DNA of 64,000 bases from Tubulanus polymorphus (lineage: Eukaryota > Animalia > Nemertea), in contig NC_134025.1 in NCBI RefSeq assembly GCF_964204645.1, forward strand, positions 23,230,299 through 23,294,298. The letters are read 5' to 3'. Below, one piece after another: positions 48,096 through 60,949 of this stretch; positions within the stretch are counted from its first letter, which is position 1, and each line of letters begins with the position of its first letter. Both the position numbers and the translations under genes were made by a program. The notes under the pieces were generated by a model, which made no database searches, was not told where the DNA came from, and saw only the letters and a program-made list of their open reading frames with translations.

Positions 48096-48868
48096 TCACC
48101 CGCTTCGTAATTCATTTCTCATGTAGTCGAGAAATGTAAATTTAAAACGATTTCGTGATCGCTTCGGACTCAGACATGTTACGAATCAGAGCTAGAAAGG
48201 AAACTTCATTTATAATTTTTAAGGTAGGTTATGCCTCTAGGTTATGTTTCTAAACAACCACGGTTGGCCTACTACTACGTGCTTTTCAATATCATATGTT
48301 GTTGTGAGAATTTTGTAAATATTGTACGATTTGATTTGATTTGATTGATTGAAGAGGCCAAAAGTGGACTAATTAGTTGGTAAATTGGCACAGGAGTTTC
48401 CCGGGAGGAGTTTGGTGATGGGCTTTCACCAAGAACCTTAGTGTCTGATATACCATAACAAGTGCTGGTGGGTACGCTAAGTTTTTTTTCTTTTGTACGA
48501 CCTAAATTTGGTCTGGATTTGACCTGTGAAACTGTGCAGTCTGAATAAACAATCCATTTTATACTTGTACTGAAGGATTGCTGGTCCGACCATGGACTCT
48601 AGTTTATACGTCCGGTCCGACAGACGCCAAATGCACCCATGCCTGTGTGGCCTGGGCCAGAAATACTTCTACTTGTGTGATCGCAGCTTATTTTTCATTA
48701 CAAGCCATTTGGATGATAGATCATGTGGAATAGTTCCTTTGATATTTCATCATGCCTTTTTTATTTTCAGGTCAAATCAACTATAGCTATAGGGATTTGA
48801 AATGAAACCATTGCTGGATTCCTTCTGCAAAATACAATGAAGCTTGCAAGACATTGACATCGTTAAAA

Positions 48869-49900
48869 ATGACACAAAACATTTCAATTCTTTCTAAACT
48901 GTGTTGCATTTGTCCGAGCAAACAGCACAAGTTTCGAATATTTGCCACGTGTATGGGAGTCCTCTTCGCTGGGTTGATGATCGTATATTATTGTCTCAAA
49001 TCTGGTAGATATGCTACGTGTTGCAAGGCATCGACCTTACCATCATCTCTACAGCCTCTTATAAATCGATACTCTTCAGCGAATCACGACGATCCGATAC
49101 GCTATAAGCATACGAAGCGTCGACTGCCGCAGTGTCTGATCATCGGGGTTCGTAAAGGCGGTACGCGAGCATTGCTCGAATATCTAGGCCTGCATCCGAT
49201 GATTCAGGTCAACCAGAAGGAAATGCATTTTTTTGACAACGATGAGAATTACAGCATGGGCTTGGATTGGTATCGGAAAAAGATGCCGTACTCGTTTCGC
49301 GAGCAGATCACCATCGAAAAAACGCCGGCTTATTTCGTCAGCGAAGATGCTCCGGCTCGTGTCTACCGTTTGAATAGCAGTATTAAACTATTACTGGTCG
49401 TTCGAGACCCGGTTAAGCGAACGATATCTGACTATACTCAGATCGTCGAGAACAAACTGCAGCGTAATAAATCCTATAAACCGTTCGAGAAGCTCGCGAT
49501 CGATCCGAACACAGGACGTATTCGTCGCCAGTACGTCGCGATCCGACGCTCTATCTATCACCGTCATATCGAACGGTGGTTACAGTACTTTTCGTTGAAT
49601 CAAATCCTCATTCTCGACAGTCGCCGGCTCGTAGAAAATCCCGCTCAAGTTGTCGCCGACGTCGAGCGGTTTCTCGGATTGGAACACAAAGTCACCGAGA
49701 AGAATTTCTACTTCAATAAAACGCGCGGGTTTTATTGCATGCAGTACGTCGGCATTCAGCGGTGTCTCTCCGAAAGTAAAGGTCGCACTCATCCGAAAAT
49801 CAATCCACTCGTACTGCGGAAGTTGCGAGATTTTTTCGAATTGCATAATCAAAAATTCTTCAAGCTCATTCACCGGACATTTGACTGGAAAGACGATTAA
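48869..49900 (+). CDS. HS3ST: Heparan sulfate glucosamine 3-O-sulfotransferase (HS3ST1/HS3ST5 group), copy A, 343 aa, single coding exon
   Basis: Type II TM anchor, 5'-PSB IIGVRKGGTRALLE, EMHFFD, EKTPAYF, 3'-PB RDPVKRTISDYTQ and FYC...RCLSESKGRTHP. First in-frame ATG at 48869. Upstream acceptor TTTTCAG ends at 48770 and a donor GTAGG lies at 48224. Confidence 0.95.
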   Translation: MTQNISILSKLCCICPSKQHKFRIFATCMGVLFAGLMIVYYCLKSGRYATCCKASTLPSSLQPLINRYSSANHDDPIRYKHTKRRLPQCLIIGVRKGGTRALLEYLGLHPMIQVNQKEMHFFDNDENYSMGLDWYRKKMPYSFREQITIEKTPAYFVSEDAPARVYRLNSSIKLLLVVRDPVKRTISDYTQIVENKLQRNKSYKPFEKLAIDPNTGRIRRQYVAIRRSIYHRHIERWLQYFSLNQILILDSRRLVENPAQVVADVERFLGLEHKVTEKNFYFNKTRGFYCMQYVGIQRCLSESKGRTHPKINPLVLRKLRDFFELHNQKFFKLIHRTFDWKDD

Positions 49901-52803
49901 ACAAGGGTCCCTCGGCATTTTACGTTGAACAGAAAGCTAAAAGTTTCTGAAAGTTTAACTTTAAAAGAAGTCGAACTCAAAAAGTTTACATTGGTAGCTA
50001 TAAATATATATCTGATTACTTGAATATCTTCATTTATCTTAAAATGATTCAAGACATAATTTACATGTTTAAGTTTATATAAGATTTTTACGTGAAATGT
50101 GTTACCTTTAAGTATTATGTTAATCAGAACTCTCATAAATCCTTGTGTTGAAAATGATGTTTTGATTTAATTATTCATTCGTGAAAGTTTCAATCAAATG
50201 ATGACATTGATTTAATGATGACTTTTTAATTGATAAAATCGATGAATTGTTAGTAGATGAAATTTGAACAATCTGATGAGGGATTTATTATTGATTTTCA
50301 TTGATTCGATCATTCAATGATTTTACAAATCAGGTCTAGAAAAATATTCAACTTTTTTCGTATTTAGCAGTCTTTTCAACAGTTCAGCGTATTTTATTAT
50401 TTTAAACATTTGAATGACTTTTTAAAAAACTTTACTATTTTACATGAAACAGAGAGGGATCGAGTAGGTTTTTTCGGCTCCTAAACGGAAAATGATATTT
50501 TTTAGAATGTTTACATGAAAATCACATCTCTTTAGACAACTGAGCACCCGATGGTGAGTAACTATTTTCCTTGCTGAAAGAAGTCTAAAAAATTGTTACA
50601 CAAACGATATAATGATGTTCATTGAAGTTTGAAACGGTTATAGAAATTATTCTCTACAAACAAAAAAAGAAACGTACTTTCTATATTAGAAAGATGTTAT
50701 TTGAAAATGTTGTAAGTATGTATGGGTCTGTAGTAGTAAGGTATGATTCGTGTTGTTATTTGATTCGTTAGCTGTTCGTACAAATCTACCCACTCTGCTG
50801 ATGCTTCTTCTTCAGTAGTGTATGATGGTAATTACAGATAATGATATAGAGAACAAACAGACAGTGGTATTTTCAGCTGCCAACACTTTGGATGAATGCC
50901 CGCTGACATTTTAGTTGCGTATGATAAATTATTCCATTCTTTTCGTAGAAAAACAAAACTGTGTGCTAATTCCTGAAATAACCAATTTTCTAGCTGTAAT
51001 TATTTTTTGTTTGGTTAAGTGCGAAGGCCTAAATTTTGTTGGAGCCACAATTTTAGCTTGTATCGAAATAGGTGAATTTTTTATGCCGCTTTTTAAAAAG
51101 TGAACTCTCAGTGTTGTGTATAATTATGGTCGAATTATTCACTAATAGCTTTATCGTTTAGAAATCATTTTAGAGAACCTTTCTTCTAAAAGTCATTTGC
51201 AGCCAAACTTTGATAATTCTGTCTCTGTACATTTATATTATACATATCAGTTTGTATATTAACCCTACCTCATTATATGTAAGAATATGTTGTATGTATG
51301 AAATCAACCATTATATTGTTAGGTAAAAGATAGTATTATTAGATTGAATACCTCCTCAATTGTTGCAAATGTGACTATTCTTTGAGATTTCTGTAGGCTC
51401 GTTTTTTGAGTAGTTGAATACAATAGTTGCTACATTGCAATATTGGGATTATTCAATACTCGAAGACCTGTGTACTGAATAGTACTAGCACAATGATAAC
51501 TCTTTAGAAATTCAGACCTACTAGTGGTGACGACTAATTTTTAGCTGAGTGGCAAATATCGGGTTGGCAGGTCAGTCTGCAAGCATCTATTTAAAAAAAC
51601 ATTTATTCCAGACATTGTTTACTTTTCTTGTATCAAGAATATAACTGCATCCAATTTTATTGTCACACCCTATTTGTTATGTATGGTTTGGAACCGTTTG
51701 TACATATTATATAGACAACTGTTACGAGATGGTATTTGACATTATTTACAATAAATTTTGATAAACGTCAATATTTATCTTGTGTCTTTATGGGCTCATA
51801 AGATCATTCCATAGGTGCTGCCATCTATCACTAAGCTGGCGCACGTTGGCAGTTGCTCATACGCGTTATTTCATTATAACGCATTTGGCTGCTATGTGGA
51901 AATTTTGATTACTGGGATTAGATACTACAGTACCAGTACTTAGAGAATAATAATCAGGATTCGAACTCTGTTATGATCACTCATCCGTGACGAGACCAGG
52001 TTTTGCACAATGCGAACGAACCGATATCCCCAAGTATGGACTGCTGTGCTGGTTCGTATCGCTTTCTCGGACTCAGATTATCCAAATTATGTTACGAATC
52101 AGGGCTAGAATGGAATCATCATTTATAATCATAAAGGTAGGCCATGCATAGATGCTCAGGTTAAATCTAAATTTTGTTCTAAACAACAGCCACGTCTTTT
52201 GTACATATGCTTTCATTTAAATGATGTGAGAATTTATTTTTGACTGGTGTAGTCTTTGACTGTGACGTTTTTGATTTGAGGCACAGGAGTTTGGTGATGG
52301 GTTAGGATAGCATTTTTACATGGCTGTTTGGATTAATTGTCCTTGTGGAACCGTCACAGGCCGAGATCGACCTACTAGTAGTTAGTTCCACAGCCAAAGA
52401 ACGCTCCACTTAAAGCTCACCCCCTCCCTGTGTCAGTACACACGCGATGGTGGGATGACTCTTATACATACAAGAAAAGGTGCTTCGGAATTTATCACAC
52501 CACCGACCGAGTTGGCGGCCGGGCATGATGAGTGCTGTATCATAATTTTTATCTTTATTGCTGATTTAAAGTTTCGGACCCAAAATAGTACAGTCATATA
52601 TAGGCCTACTCAGTAATCAATTGCGTCTTACTAAAGTATTTTTTGGTTTGACATGTTGAATAGTTTCTTTGATATTTCATTGTGCCTTTTTACTTTCAGG
52701 TCAAGTCAACCATAGGGATTTGAAATGAAATAATTTCTGGATTTCCTCTGCGAAAATACATTTTAAAAAAGATGAAGATTACAAGACATTGACATTGTTG
52801 AAA

Positions 52804-53835
52804 ATGACACAAAACAGTTCAATTCTTTCTAAACTGTGTTGCATTTGTCCGAGCAAACAGCACAAGTTTCGAATATTTGCCATGTGTATGGGAGTCCTCT
52901 TCACTGGGTTTATGATCGTATATTATTGTCTCAAATCTGGTAGATATGCTACGTGTTGCAAGGCATCGACCTTACCATCTTCTCTACAGCCTCTTATAAG
53001 TCGATACTCTTCAGCGAATCAGGACGATCCGATACGCTATAAGCATACGAAGCGTCGACTGCCGCAGTGTCTGATCATCGGGGTTCGTAAAGGCGGTACG
53101 CGAGCATTGCTCGAATATCTAGGCCTGCATCCGATGATTCAGGCCAACAAGAAAGAAATGCATTTTTTCGACAACGATGACAATTACAGCATGGGCTTGG
53201 AGTGGTATCGGAAAAAGATGCCGCACTCGTTTCGCGAGCAGATCACAATCGAAAAAACGCCGGCTTATTTCGTCAGTGAAGATACTCCGGCTCGTGTCTA
53301 CCGTCTGAATAGCAGTATTAAACTATTACTGGTCGTTCGAGACCCGGTTAAGCGAACGATATCCGATTATACTCAGATCGCTGAGAAAGAACTGCAGCAG
53401 AATATATTGTATAAACCGTTCGAGAAGCTCGCATTCGACCCGAATACGGGACGTATTCGTCGCCAGTACATCGCCATCCAACACTCTATCTATCACCGTC
53501 ATATCGAACGGTGGTTGCAGTACTTTTCGTTGAATCAAATCCTCATTCTCGACAGTCGCCGGCTCGTCGAAAATCCCGCTCAAGTCGTCGCCGACGTCGA
53601 GCGGTTTCTCGGATTGGAACACAAAGTCACCGAGAAGAATTTCTACTTCAATAAAACGCGCGGGTTTTATTGCATGCAGTATGTCGGCATTCAGCGGTGT
53701 CTCTCCGAAAGTAAAGGTCGCACTCATCCGAAAATCGATCCACTCGTATTGCGGAAATTGCGAAGTTTTTTCAAATTGCATAATCAAAAATTCTTCAAGC
53801 TCATTCACCGGACATTCGACTGGAACGACGATTAA
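52804..53835 (+). CDS. HS3ST: Heparan sulfate glucosamine 3-O-sulfotransferase, copy B, 343 aa
   Basis: Same motifs intact, with 26 aa differences from copy A by manual count. The acceptor ends at 52699 and the donor lies at 52137. Confidence 0.95.
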   Translation: MTQNSSILSKLCCICPSKQHKFRIFAMCMGVLFTGFMIVYYCLKSGRYATCCKASTLPSSLQPLISRYSSANQDDPIRYKHTKRRLPQCLIIGVRKGGTRALLEYLGLHPMIQANKKEMHFFDNDDNYSMGLEWYRKKMPHSFREQITIEKTPAYFVSEDTPARVYRLNSSIKLLLVVRDPVKRTISDYTQIAEKELQQNILYKPFEKLAFDPNTGRIRRQYIAIQHSIYHRHIERWLQYFSLNQILILDSRRLVENPAQVVADVERFLGLEHKVTEKNFYFNKTRGFYCMQYVGIQRCLSESKGRTHPKIDPLVLRKLRSFFKLHNQKFFKLIHRTFDWNDD

Positions 53836-55218
53836 ACAAAAAGGTCCCTCGGCATTTTAACAGAAAACTTAAAGTTTCTGCGGAACTGTGTTTCTGAAAA
53901 TTTAACTTAAAAAGAAGTTTAACTCAAAAAGTTTACATTGGTAGCTATATCCGATTACTTGAATATCTTCATTTATCTTAAAATGATTCAAGGCATAAAT
54001 TATGTGTTTAAGTTTGTGTAAGATTTTTACTCGAAATGTGTTATGTTAATCCAAAGAGTTGTCTAAACTCTTGTAAATCCTTGTGTAAACATGATGTTTT
54101 AATAATGTATGTATTCATTCGTGAAAGTTTCAATCAAATGATGACATTAATGACGACTTTTTAATTGATAAAATCAATGAATTGTTAGTAGATGAAATTT
54201 GAACAATCTGATGAGGGATTTATTATTGATTTTCATTGATTCGATCATTCAATGATTTTACAAATCAGGTCTAGATAATTATTCGTATTCATCAGTTCAG
54301 CGTAATTTATTATTTCAAAAATTTGAATGACTTTTTCAAAGACTTGACTAATTTTACATGAAACGGAGAGGGATCGAGTAGGTTTTTTCGGCTCCTCAAC
54401 AAAAAATGATATTTTATAGAATATTTACATAAAAATCACGTCTCTTTAGACAACTGAGCACCCGATGGTGTGTAACTTTTTTCCTTGATGAAAGAAGTCT
54501 TAAAAATTGTTACACAAACGATATAATGATGTTCATCGAAGTTTGAAACACTTATAGAAATTATTCTCTACAAAAAAAAGAATGTACTTTCTATATTAGA
54601 AAGATGTTATTTGAAAATGTTGTAAGTATGTATGGGTCTGTAGTAGTAAGGTATGATTCGTGTTGTTATTTGATTCGTTAGCCTTTGATTCGTTAGGGTG
54701 GCGGGTCTGGGTCCTACCCCAGATAAATTTCGAATTTCTAGGCCTTGGGCGTGATATTTCCTGCAATCTGGAGCTCAAAAATGGAACTTCATTTACCACA
54801 AATTTGGACTCTTGCTTGGTGAATTGAAAAAATACAAATTAAAGTATTGTTTTCATCACTAAAACTCTCATGAAAATTTATTCATTCAGAATAGTAGAAA
54901 TTTTGTTGGAGTCACAATTTTAGCTTGTATCGAAATAGGTTTTTTGAAAATGAATTTTTTATGCCACTTTTTAAAAAGTGAACTCTCAGTGTTGTTTTTA
55001 ATTATGGTCGAAATATTCACTAATACCTTTATCGTTTAGAAATAATTTTAGAGAACCTTTCTTCTAAAAGTCATTTGCAGCCAAACTTAAATGATTCTGT
55101 CTCTGTACATTTATATTATACATATCAGTTTGTATATTAACCCTACCTCATTACATGTAAGAATATGTTGTATGTATGAAATCAACCATTATATTGTTAG
55201 TTAAAAGATAGTATTATT

Positions 55219-55489
55219 CATAGGCGTCCCCATGAATTTTCATAGGGGGGTCGAATTAGCATCAATCCAGTATCCAAGCACAATGTCGGGGTGTTAGGTG
55301 GACCTCCCCCAAAAAACTTTTTTGTAAATTGGAGGCTTTAGAGACGTTTTTCCAGGCTCTAAATTAATCATTAAGAGGTAAAGGACTAGTCAAATTGGCA
55401 AGAAAAATCTTGAACATCGATAACAGTAATTTGAGAAGTTAGCTATCTCAAAAGGGGGTGCGTCCACTACGCCCTTGGGGACGCCGATG
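55219..55489. mobile_element. MITE with apparent 5-bp TSD, present only in duplication unit 2
   Basis: TIRs CATAGGCGTCCCCA / TGGGGACGCCGATG, flanked by TTATT and TTATA. The empty site GTATTATTAGATTG is at about 51333 in unit 1. Confidence 0.82.
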
Positions 55490-57608
55490 TTATAAGATTG
55501 AATACCTCCTCAATTGTTGCAAATGTGACTATTCTTTGAGATTTCTGTAGGCTCGTTTTTTGAGTAGTTGAATTCAATATTTGTTACATTGCAATATTTC
55601 GATTATTCATCACTCGAAGACCTGTGTACTGAATAGTACTAGCACAATGATAACTCTTCTTTAGATATTCAGAACTACTCGTGGTGGCGACTAATTTTTA
55701 GCTGAGTGGCAAATGTCGGTTTGGCAGGTCAGTCTGCAAGCATCTATATAAAAAAAAACATTTATTCCAGACATTGTTTACTTTTCTTGTATCAAGAATA
55801 TAACTGCATCCAATTTTATTGTCACACCCTATTTGTTATGTATGGTTTGGAACCGTTTGTACATATTATATAGACAACTGTTACAAGATGGTATTTGACA
55901 TTATTTACAATAAATTTTGATAAACGTCAAAATTTATCTTGTGTCTTTGCATGGGCTCATAAGATCATTCCATAGGTGCTGCCATCTATCATTAAGCTGG
56001 CTCATGTTGGCAGTTGCTCATACGCGTTATTTCATTATAACGCATTTGGCTGCTATATGGAAATTTTAGTTATCGGAATAAGATATTCCAGTACATGTAG
56101 TTACTTTCCTTAGAGAATAATAATCAGGATTCGAACTCTGTTATGATCACTCATTCGTGACAAGATCAGGTTTTGCACAATGCGAACGAACCGTTATCCC
56201 CCAGTATGGAGTCGACGGGGTGTCAAAAATAATGCGCACAAATCATTTTAAAATATGGACTAATTATACGGTCAACCTGATGGATTTTTGGAATAATTTA
56301 GATGCTAAGTGGTAAGTTATTGAAGGTGAATTGATAGCCTGTATTAACGTGTTATATGTCATGTATGACAGATATGACAGATGAAAGAAAATATGACGAA
56401 TTATTGTTAAACTAAAAAAGCTAAATTCAAATTAAATTTTATTTATTTTGTAGGGTAATTCTTCAATAATAAATACTGAATATGAATGGCTTCAATATTT
56501 TTGTATGTAAAGTTAGAGAGACAAGGTTAGGGGAAAAGACAAAATTACATTACTATCATGACAAATGGCTTTTCACTGACAAGTCTGGACCGTAACGTAC
56601 AAAATTCGGTCAGTGTTGAACCAAGTTGCACATCTTTCGGCTACACTGCTAAGATCTTTGCCTTCTGTTCACAATTCCTTGATATGGCACGTCATAAGAC
56701 TGTTAAGCCGTCTCAGAAATTCGACTGTGGGAAACTATATTTCAACGCGAACAGAATTTAACAAAAACCATTTCTGACAAATATTGTCGTATTTTCGGAC
56801 TCTCAAAAGCAGAACCTCCGGGAGAAATATTGCCTCGATCTAGATTGTGGCGGGGGCTTAAAGTGCTGCATGTGGTCACTACATTGGAAATTATGGTTTA
56901 ACTACATTACATAGCCACAAGTAGACACAAACTACAATAAAATTCATCTTTAATCCGATCGATTTCAGGAATACTCCATCCCCTTTTTAAGAATAAAACT
57001 AACTATTTTACCTATTTCAAAGTTGTAGTCGATGAGTAGTTTTACGATTTTTCTTTTTTTTCTTCAAATATGTGAATTCTAGTAGGCAATGAGTTTATTG
57101 TCAACTCGGTCAACTCAGCAGCAGTGCCTGCAAACAGCCGCGAGAGCATCATGCGTCTCTGCATTTATCGATATAGTATGTCACATGCCTCTTGACGTAG
57201 CCTGGTTACTAGTTGCAGTTCACAGATAACAACACTTCAATTTTGATGCTCTGTGTTGAATTTTATGCCAAAATAAAATCATTGAACTTAGTTAAAATTT
57301 TCAATATACAATCACGACTAGGTTATAAGTTTGAGGTAAGATTCTTTCATTTCTGAACTGGGTCTCTCGAAAAATGTTTCTCCCAATATTTTGGATTTAG
57401 GTTTTGTAGTAGGTTAATTCATATTTCCGATGCAGTCTTAAGAAATTGATTCAGTTTGGTTTTTCATGAATTATGAAAATCATTCAAAAAACCAGTTAAA
57501 GTTTGCAAGTTCACATTCATTTCCCCTCAAATGAAAATGGGAAGTTGATATTTCTTTTTATTCAAGATTCTTATGAGTTTTTTGGGTTTTTATTAATTTT
57601 CAGCAAAG

Positions 57609-57734
57609 ATGGCTGGTCATAATGGAGCCCCACCTATCAGCCTATCTGATAAACTGCGTTTGGCTGCCAGTAAGGGACATTTGGAACATGTAATCGAACT
57701 GTTGGAGTTAAGAGCTTCTTATGAAGTAGACCGG
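57609..57734 (+). CDS. ANKRD6: Ankyrin repeat domain protein 6 (diversin/diego)-like, coding exon 1
   Basis: MAGHNGAPPISLSDKLRLAASKGHLEHVIELLELRASYEVDR, then GTAAGA. Acceptor TTTTCAG just upstream; possible 5'UTR donor at 57336. It resembles the ANKRD6 N-terminus as recalled (LSERLLVAAYKG). Confidence 0.8.
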
Positions 57735-58255
57735 GTAAGATTAATGATCTTTTTGTTGCTTCTGCGTCAGGTCAGACTAATGCAAAATCTATCTACATTA
57801 GGCTATATAAGAAAAATTCCCTATATTAGGCAAACATAGGGCCTATATTACTACTTCAAAGTCTTCGAGTATTTATTAGTATTGATCCCAACATTTATGA
57901 TGTTGATACTTTAGCCTTAACATTTGATACTGTTTGAGCTTATCTTGCTGGAACACTCATTCATTTAATCAATGCTATAAATGTCAGTAATGCGGTATTT
58001 GTCACTACATAGTTGTGTAAATGCTTACCATTCTGAGGCACCCTTCTCCATGCCCCTCATTTATCTCATTGTCCACTGGGTCTGTCATGTCCAATAATTC
58101 AGGGATATAGTTTATATGTAACAATGAGCGATAGGCATTTATGACCTCAATAAAGCATAAATCCATACCAGTCTTTAAATATATTTTGCTTTGACTATGC
58201 TATCCGATGATATTTTTCTCATGAAAACACTGAAATTCATTTGCTGACGTTTTAG

Positions 58256-58354
58256 GAAGGACGGTCTGCCTTGCACTATGCTGCTGTCAATGGGTTTGCT
58301 GAAGTGTGTAAATTGCTTCTCGAAGCTGGATGTGATCCCAATATACAGGATAAT
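58256..58354 (+). CDS. ANKRD6: ANKRD6-like coding exon 2
   Basis: AG|EGRSALHYAAVNGFAEVCKLLLEAGCDPNIQDN|GTAAGT, 99 nt, phase 0. Confidence 0.88.
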
Positions 58355-60375
58355 GTAAGTCTTACGTATTTATTTCGCCAAAGATCTATGAATTCTCACC
58401 ATTTGTCCTTCAGCATACAGTGTGAAGATGGTGAGTTGATTTTGCTTACTTTATGGATGGTGATTATAGTATCAACTTCCCTCGAGGGAAATGAAAAACT
58501 TTGATCTTTTTGATTTAGAAATTATTGCTTTCGAATAGTTTTAGTGTGATAGCTGTTTCATTGATTCTATCGATTTGAGGCCTATTTATCATCTGTGCAT
58601 GAATGGTAAATATACAATATTATTTTGTCCGCGTTTACCGCTCCTGAATTCGCCAGTTGCTTGTGGCATCAGGTTGCCTTGTAGCAGCTGATTGTTAAAT
58701 TGAAAGAAATCAGGAGACTTTAATGAAACAAAATTTCAATTTCATAGAGTACTCTTTAGAATAGATAGGCAAAGCGTTTCGGGCAATACACATAGCGATC
58801 ACAGTTACTCATGATTTTGCTGGTATGGCAAAGGCCACTCCTGGAAAAAATCTACCGCTTATAGTTAAGGTTAGGTTTTCAGTAGTCTCTCAGTGTTTAA
58901 AAGCCCCCTGAAAATTAGAGTTGATTGAGTTGCGGCGGTGTTTCATAGTTTGTGGACAAATTTTACTTAGAAAGTTCTTAAGAAACATATACTCATGAGT
59001 ACACGGGTTTTTACGGTTTCGCGACAATGCGTGAGTGACAGAATACAACACGACACAGTGTTTAAAAAATGCTCACTACTGTTCTATATATAATGTGTAC
59101 GAGGGACATATGTCATCATGTATGTGGAATATGCATAACAAGTACTTGAAAGCTCACAATAGCCCTCGGCATAACTACAACCCCCAAAAAATCGATTCCA
59201 ATGAAATTTTGCCGGCGATAGTTTAATATATATATTAGATATATATATCTCGTTGCATATTAAAATGACCGTTCGGCAAAATGAGAGCAAATTCCACGTA
59301 AATGATAAATTAAACGATCATCTGTTCCAAAATAAATCATGATATATCCGCCTGTATTCTCGATTATCAAATTCAAGGCTAAAGAAATGGTTTTTACACC
59401 CCCCCCCCCCACCCCTAAAGAGAGTTGGGTTGGAAGCCTGTACATACATCGGCTGTATAAATTGTTTGTTTTGGGGATTTATGGGATATTTTAAGTAGCG
59501 CTGGTTCAAAAATGTCCCTGCTGGCGTTATACATGTTCCGTGTATATATGTTTTAAAATTTCTATTCATCAGGCTGTCTTGGAATTTATTTGCTTTCGTT
59601 GTGCTACTATGTGTTAACAGTGAATGGGCTTTGATTGTTTGTTGAACTAACATATTTATATCGTGGCTTTCTACGTTCTCTCTGATATGTGTAATATATA
59701 TTCATTTCAGATATTCATTTTTCATTAACTGTTCAGATATATATGATATATATGTAGAGCGCTGTTGTTTCGAATTCAAATCCATCAAGATTCCGTTCTA
59801 ATCTCAACTAAACTAATCAATTTTCACTAATGAAATAAGCCCCACTAAAAAATGGATACCTTGTTTCTCCTTTCTGTTGAGTTTAAAAGTTGACCCTTTT
59901 CCACCAATCTACCCTGTGCATTACTTTATTTGAAATCATGAGCAACATAACCATAACAGACCCAGCAGCTGTAGAAATGAACTGATTACAAATTTTATCG
60001 CGATTTACAAAAGACCCTGGTCGATTAGGAGGAATGAGGTATCATTTTGTTTTAGTCTAAGTATCGGTGTAGGCTAATGAAATCTCTGATACTATTGTTA
60101 TTGTTTTTTTTTTCGCTGAAACAATGATTAATTATGATTCTATTCACGGATCTTATCTCATTTACAAGCTCAATCCTCGTACGTTGACTAGCTGCAACTG
60201 TTACATGGATAATGAATTTGCTGAATTTGATTAGAATCTGAAATGCTTGCTGTTAAGCGTGAAATATCCTTTTCCTTCTGTGTCGTGTTTATCCGATGAT
60301 GTTGAATGATTTGTCATACACGCATATGATGTGCGCGATGAATTCCCGAAATTGTCATTACGATATCAGTGTTGT

Positions 60376-60723
60376 CATGGTTCCCACAGAACAGGGAAAT
60401 TGGGACAAACTCGGGAATTTTGAAATAATAATTCCCAGTTTTGAAATGTTTGGGAATTTGAGAAATTTTCCACAAATCAGGGAAATATTTGGGAAATTCA
60501 TTTACTTTTCATGTGTTGCTTTTGCCAAGGCCAACTTTCTTCAGCGATTTCCCTTGAAAATCAAATTCATCAACAACTAGTCACTGCTAGATTGTCGACT
60601 TCAGCATGATGGTATCTGTTCGTTTTTATGAAGGCCTGATTTTCCACTTGGGAAAATAACTCAACCATGAAATACTTAGGAAAAACCTGGGGATTTATAT
60701 TTCATGTAACTGTGGGAACCACG
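60376..60723. mobile_element. Intronic hAT-like MITE
   Basis: TIRs CATGGTTCCCACAG / CTGTGGGAACCACG and internal GGGAA(A/T) repeats. The flanks TGTTGT and CATTGT could be a CpG-decayed 6-bp TSD. Confidence 0.6.
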
Positions 60724-60847
60724 CATTGTGTTAGTTGTGCTTTCGGTATTATTATTATTATTATTCGGTGGTGGATTTTTCGTGATTTCGCTTAAATTAT
60801 TTTTCCGTTACTGCATTTGTAAAAGTTATGTGTTGTAATGTTTTCAG

Positions 60848-60949
60848 TTGGGATATACCGCTTTACACCAGGCAGCTGCGCAGGGACACCGTGAAGTCAT
60901 TCACGAACTCTTATCACGCCATTGTGATCTAAATCGCCAGGATAGAGTG
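60848..60949 (+). CDS. ANKRD6: ANKRD6-like coding exon 3
   Basis: CAG|LGYTALHQAAAQGHREVIHELLSRHCDLNRQDRV|GTATGT, 102 nt. Confidence 0.88.

Larger units (their letters stand above)
48150..56210. repeat. Tandem duplication of the sulfotransferase locus (units of about 3.9 kb and 4.15 kb)
   Basis: Shared start (CGGACTCAGA...GTTACGAATCAG at about 48165 and 52068) and shared end (TGCACAATGCGAACGAACCG...AGTATGGA at about 52004-52039 and 56174-56209). The 3' flanks are colinear apart from insertions in unit 2. Confidence 0.92.

Noticed and set aside
49580-49918. Antisense or alternative-frame ORFs over HS3ST (also 53326-53808), the GPCRs and the LINE
   Set aside because: Shadow ORFs of real coding sequence, with no independent motifs.
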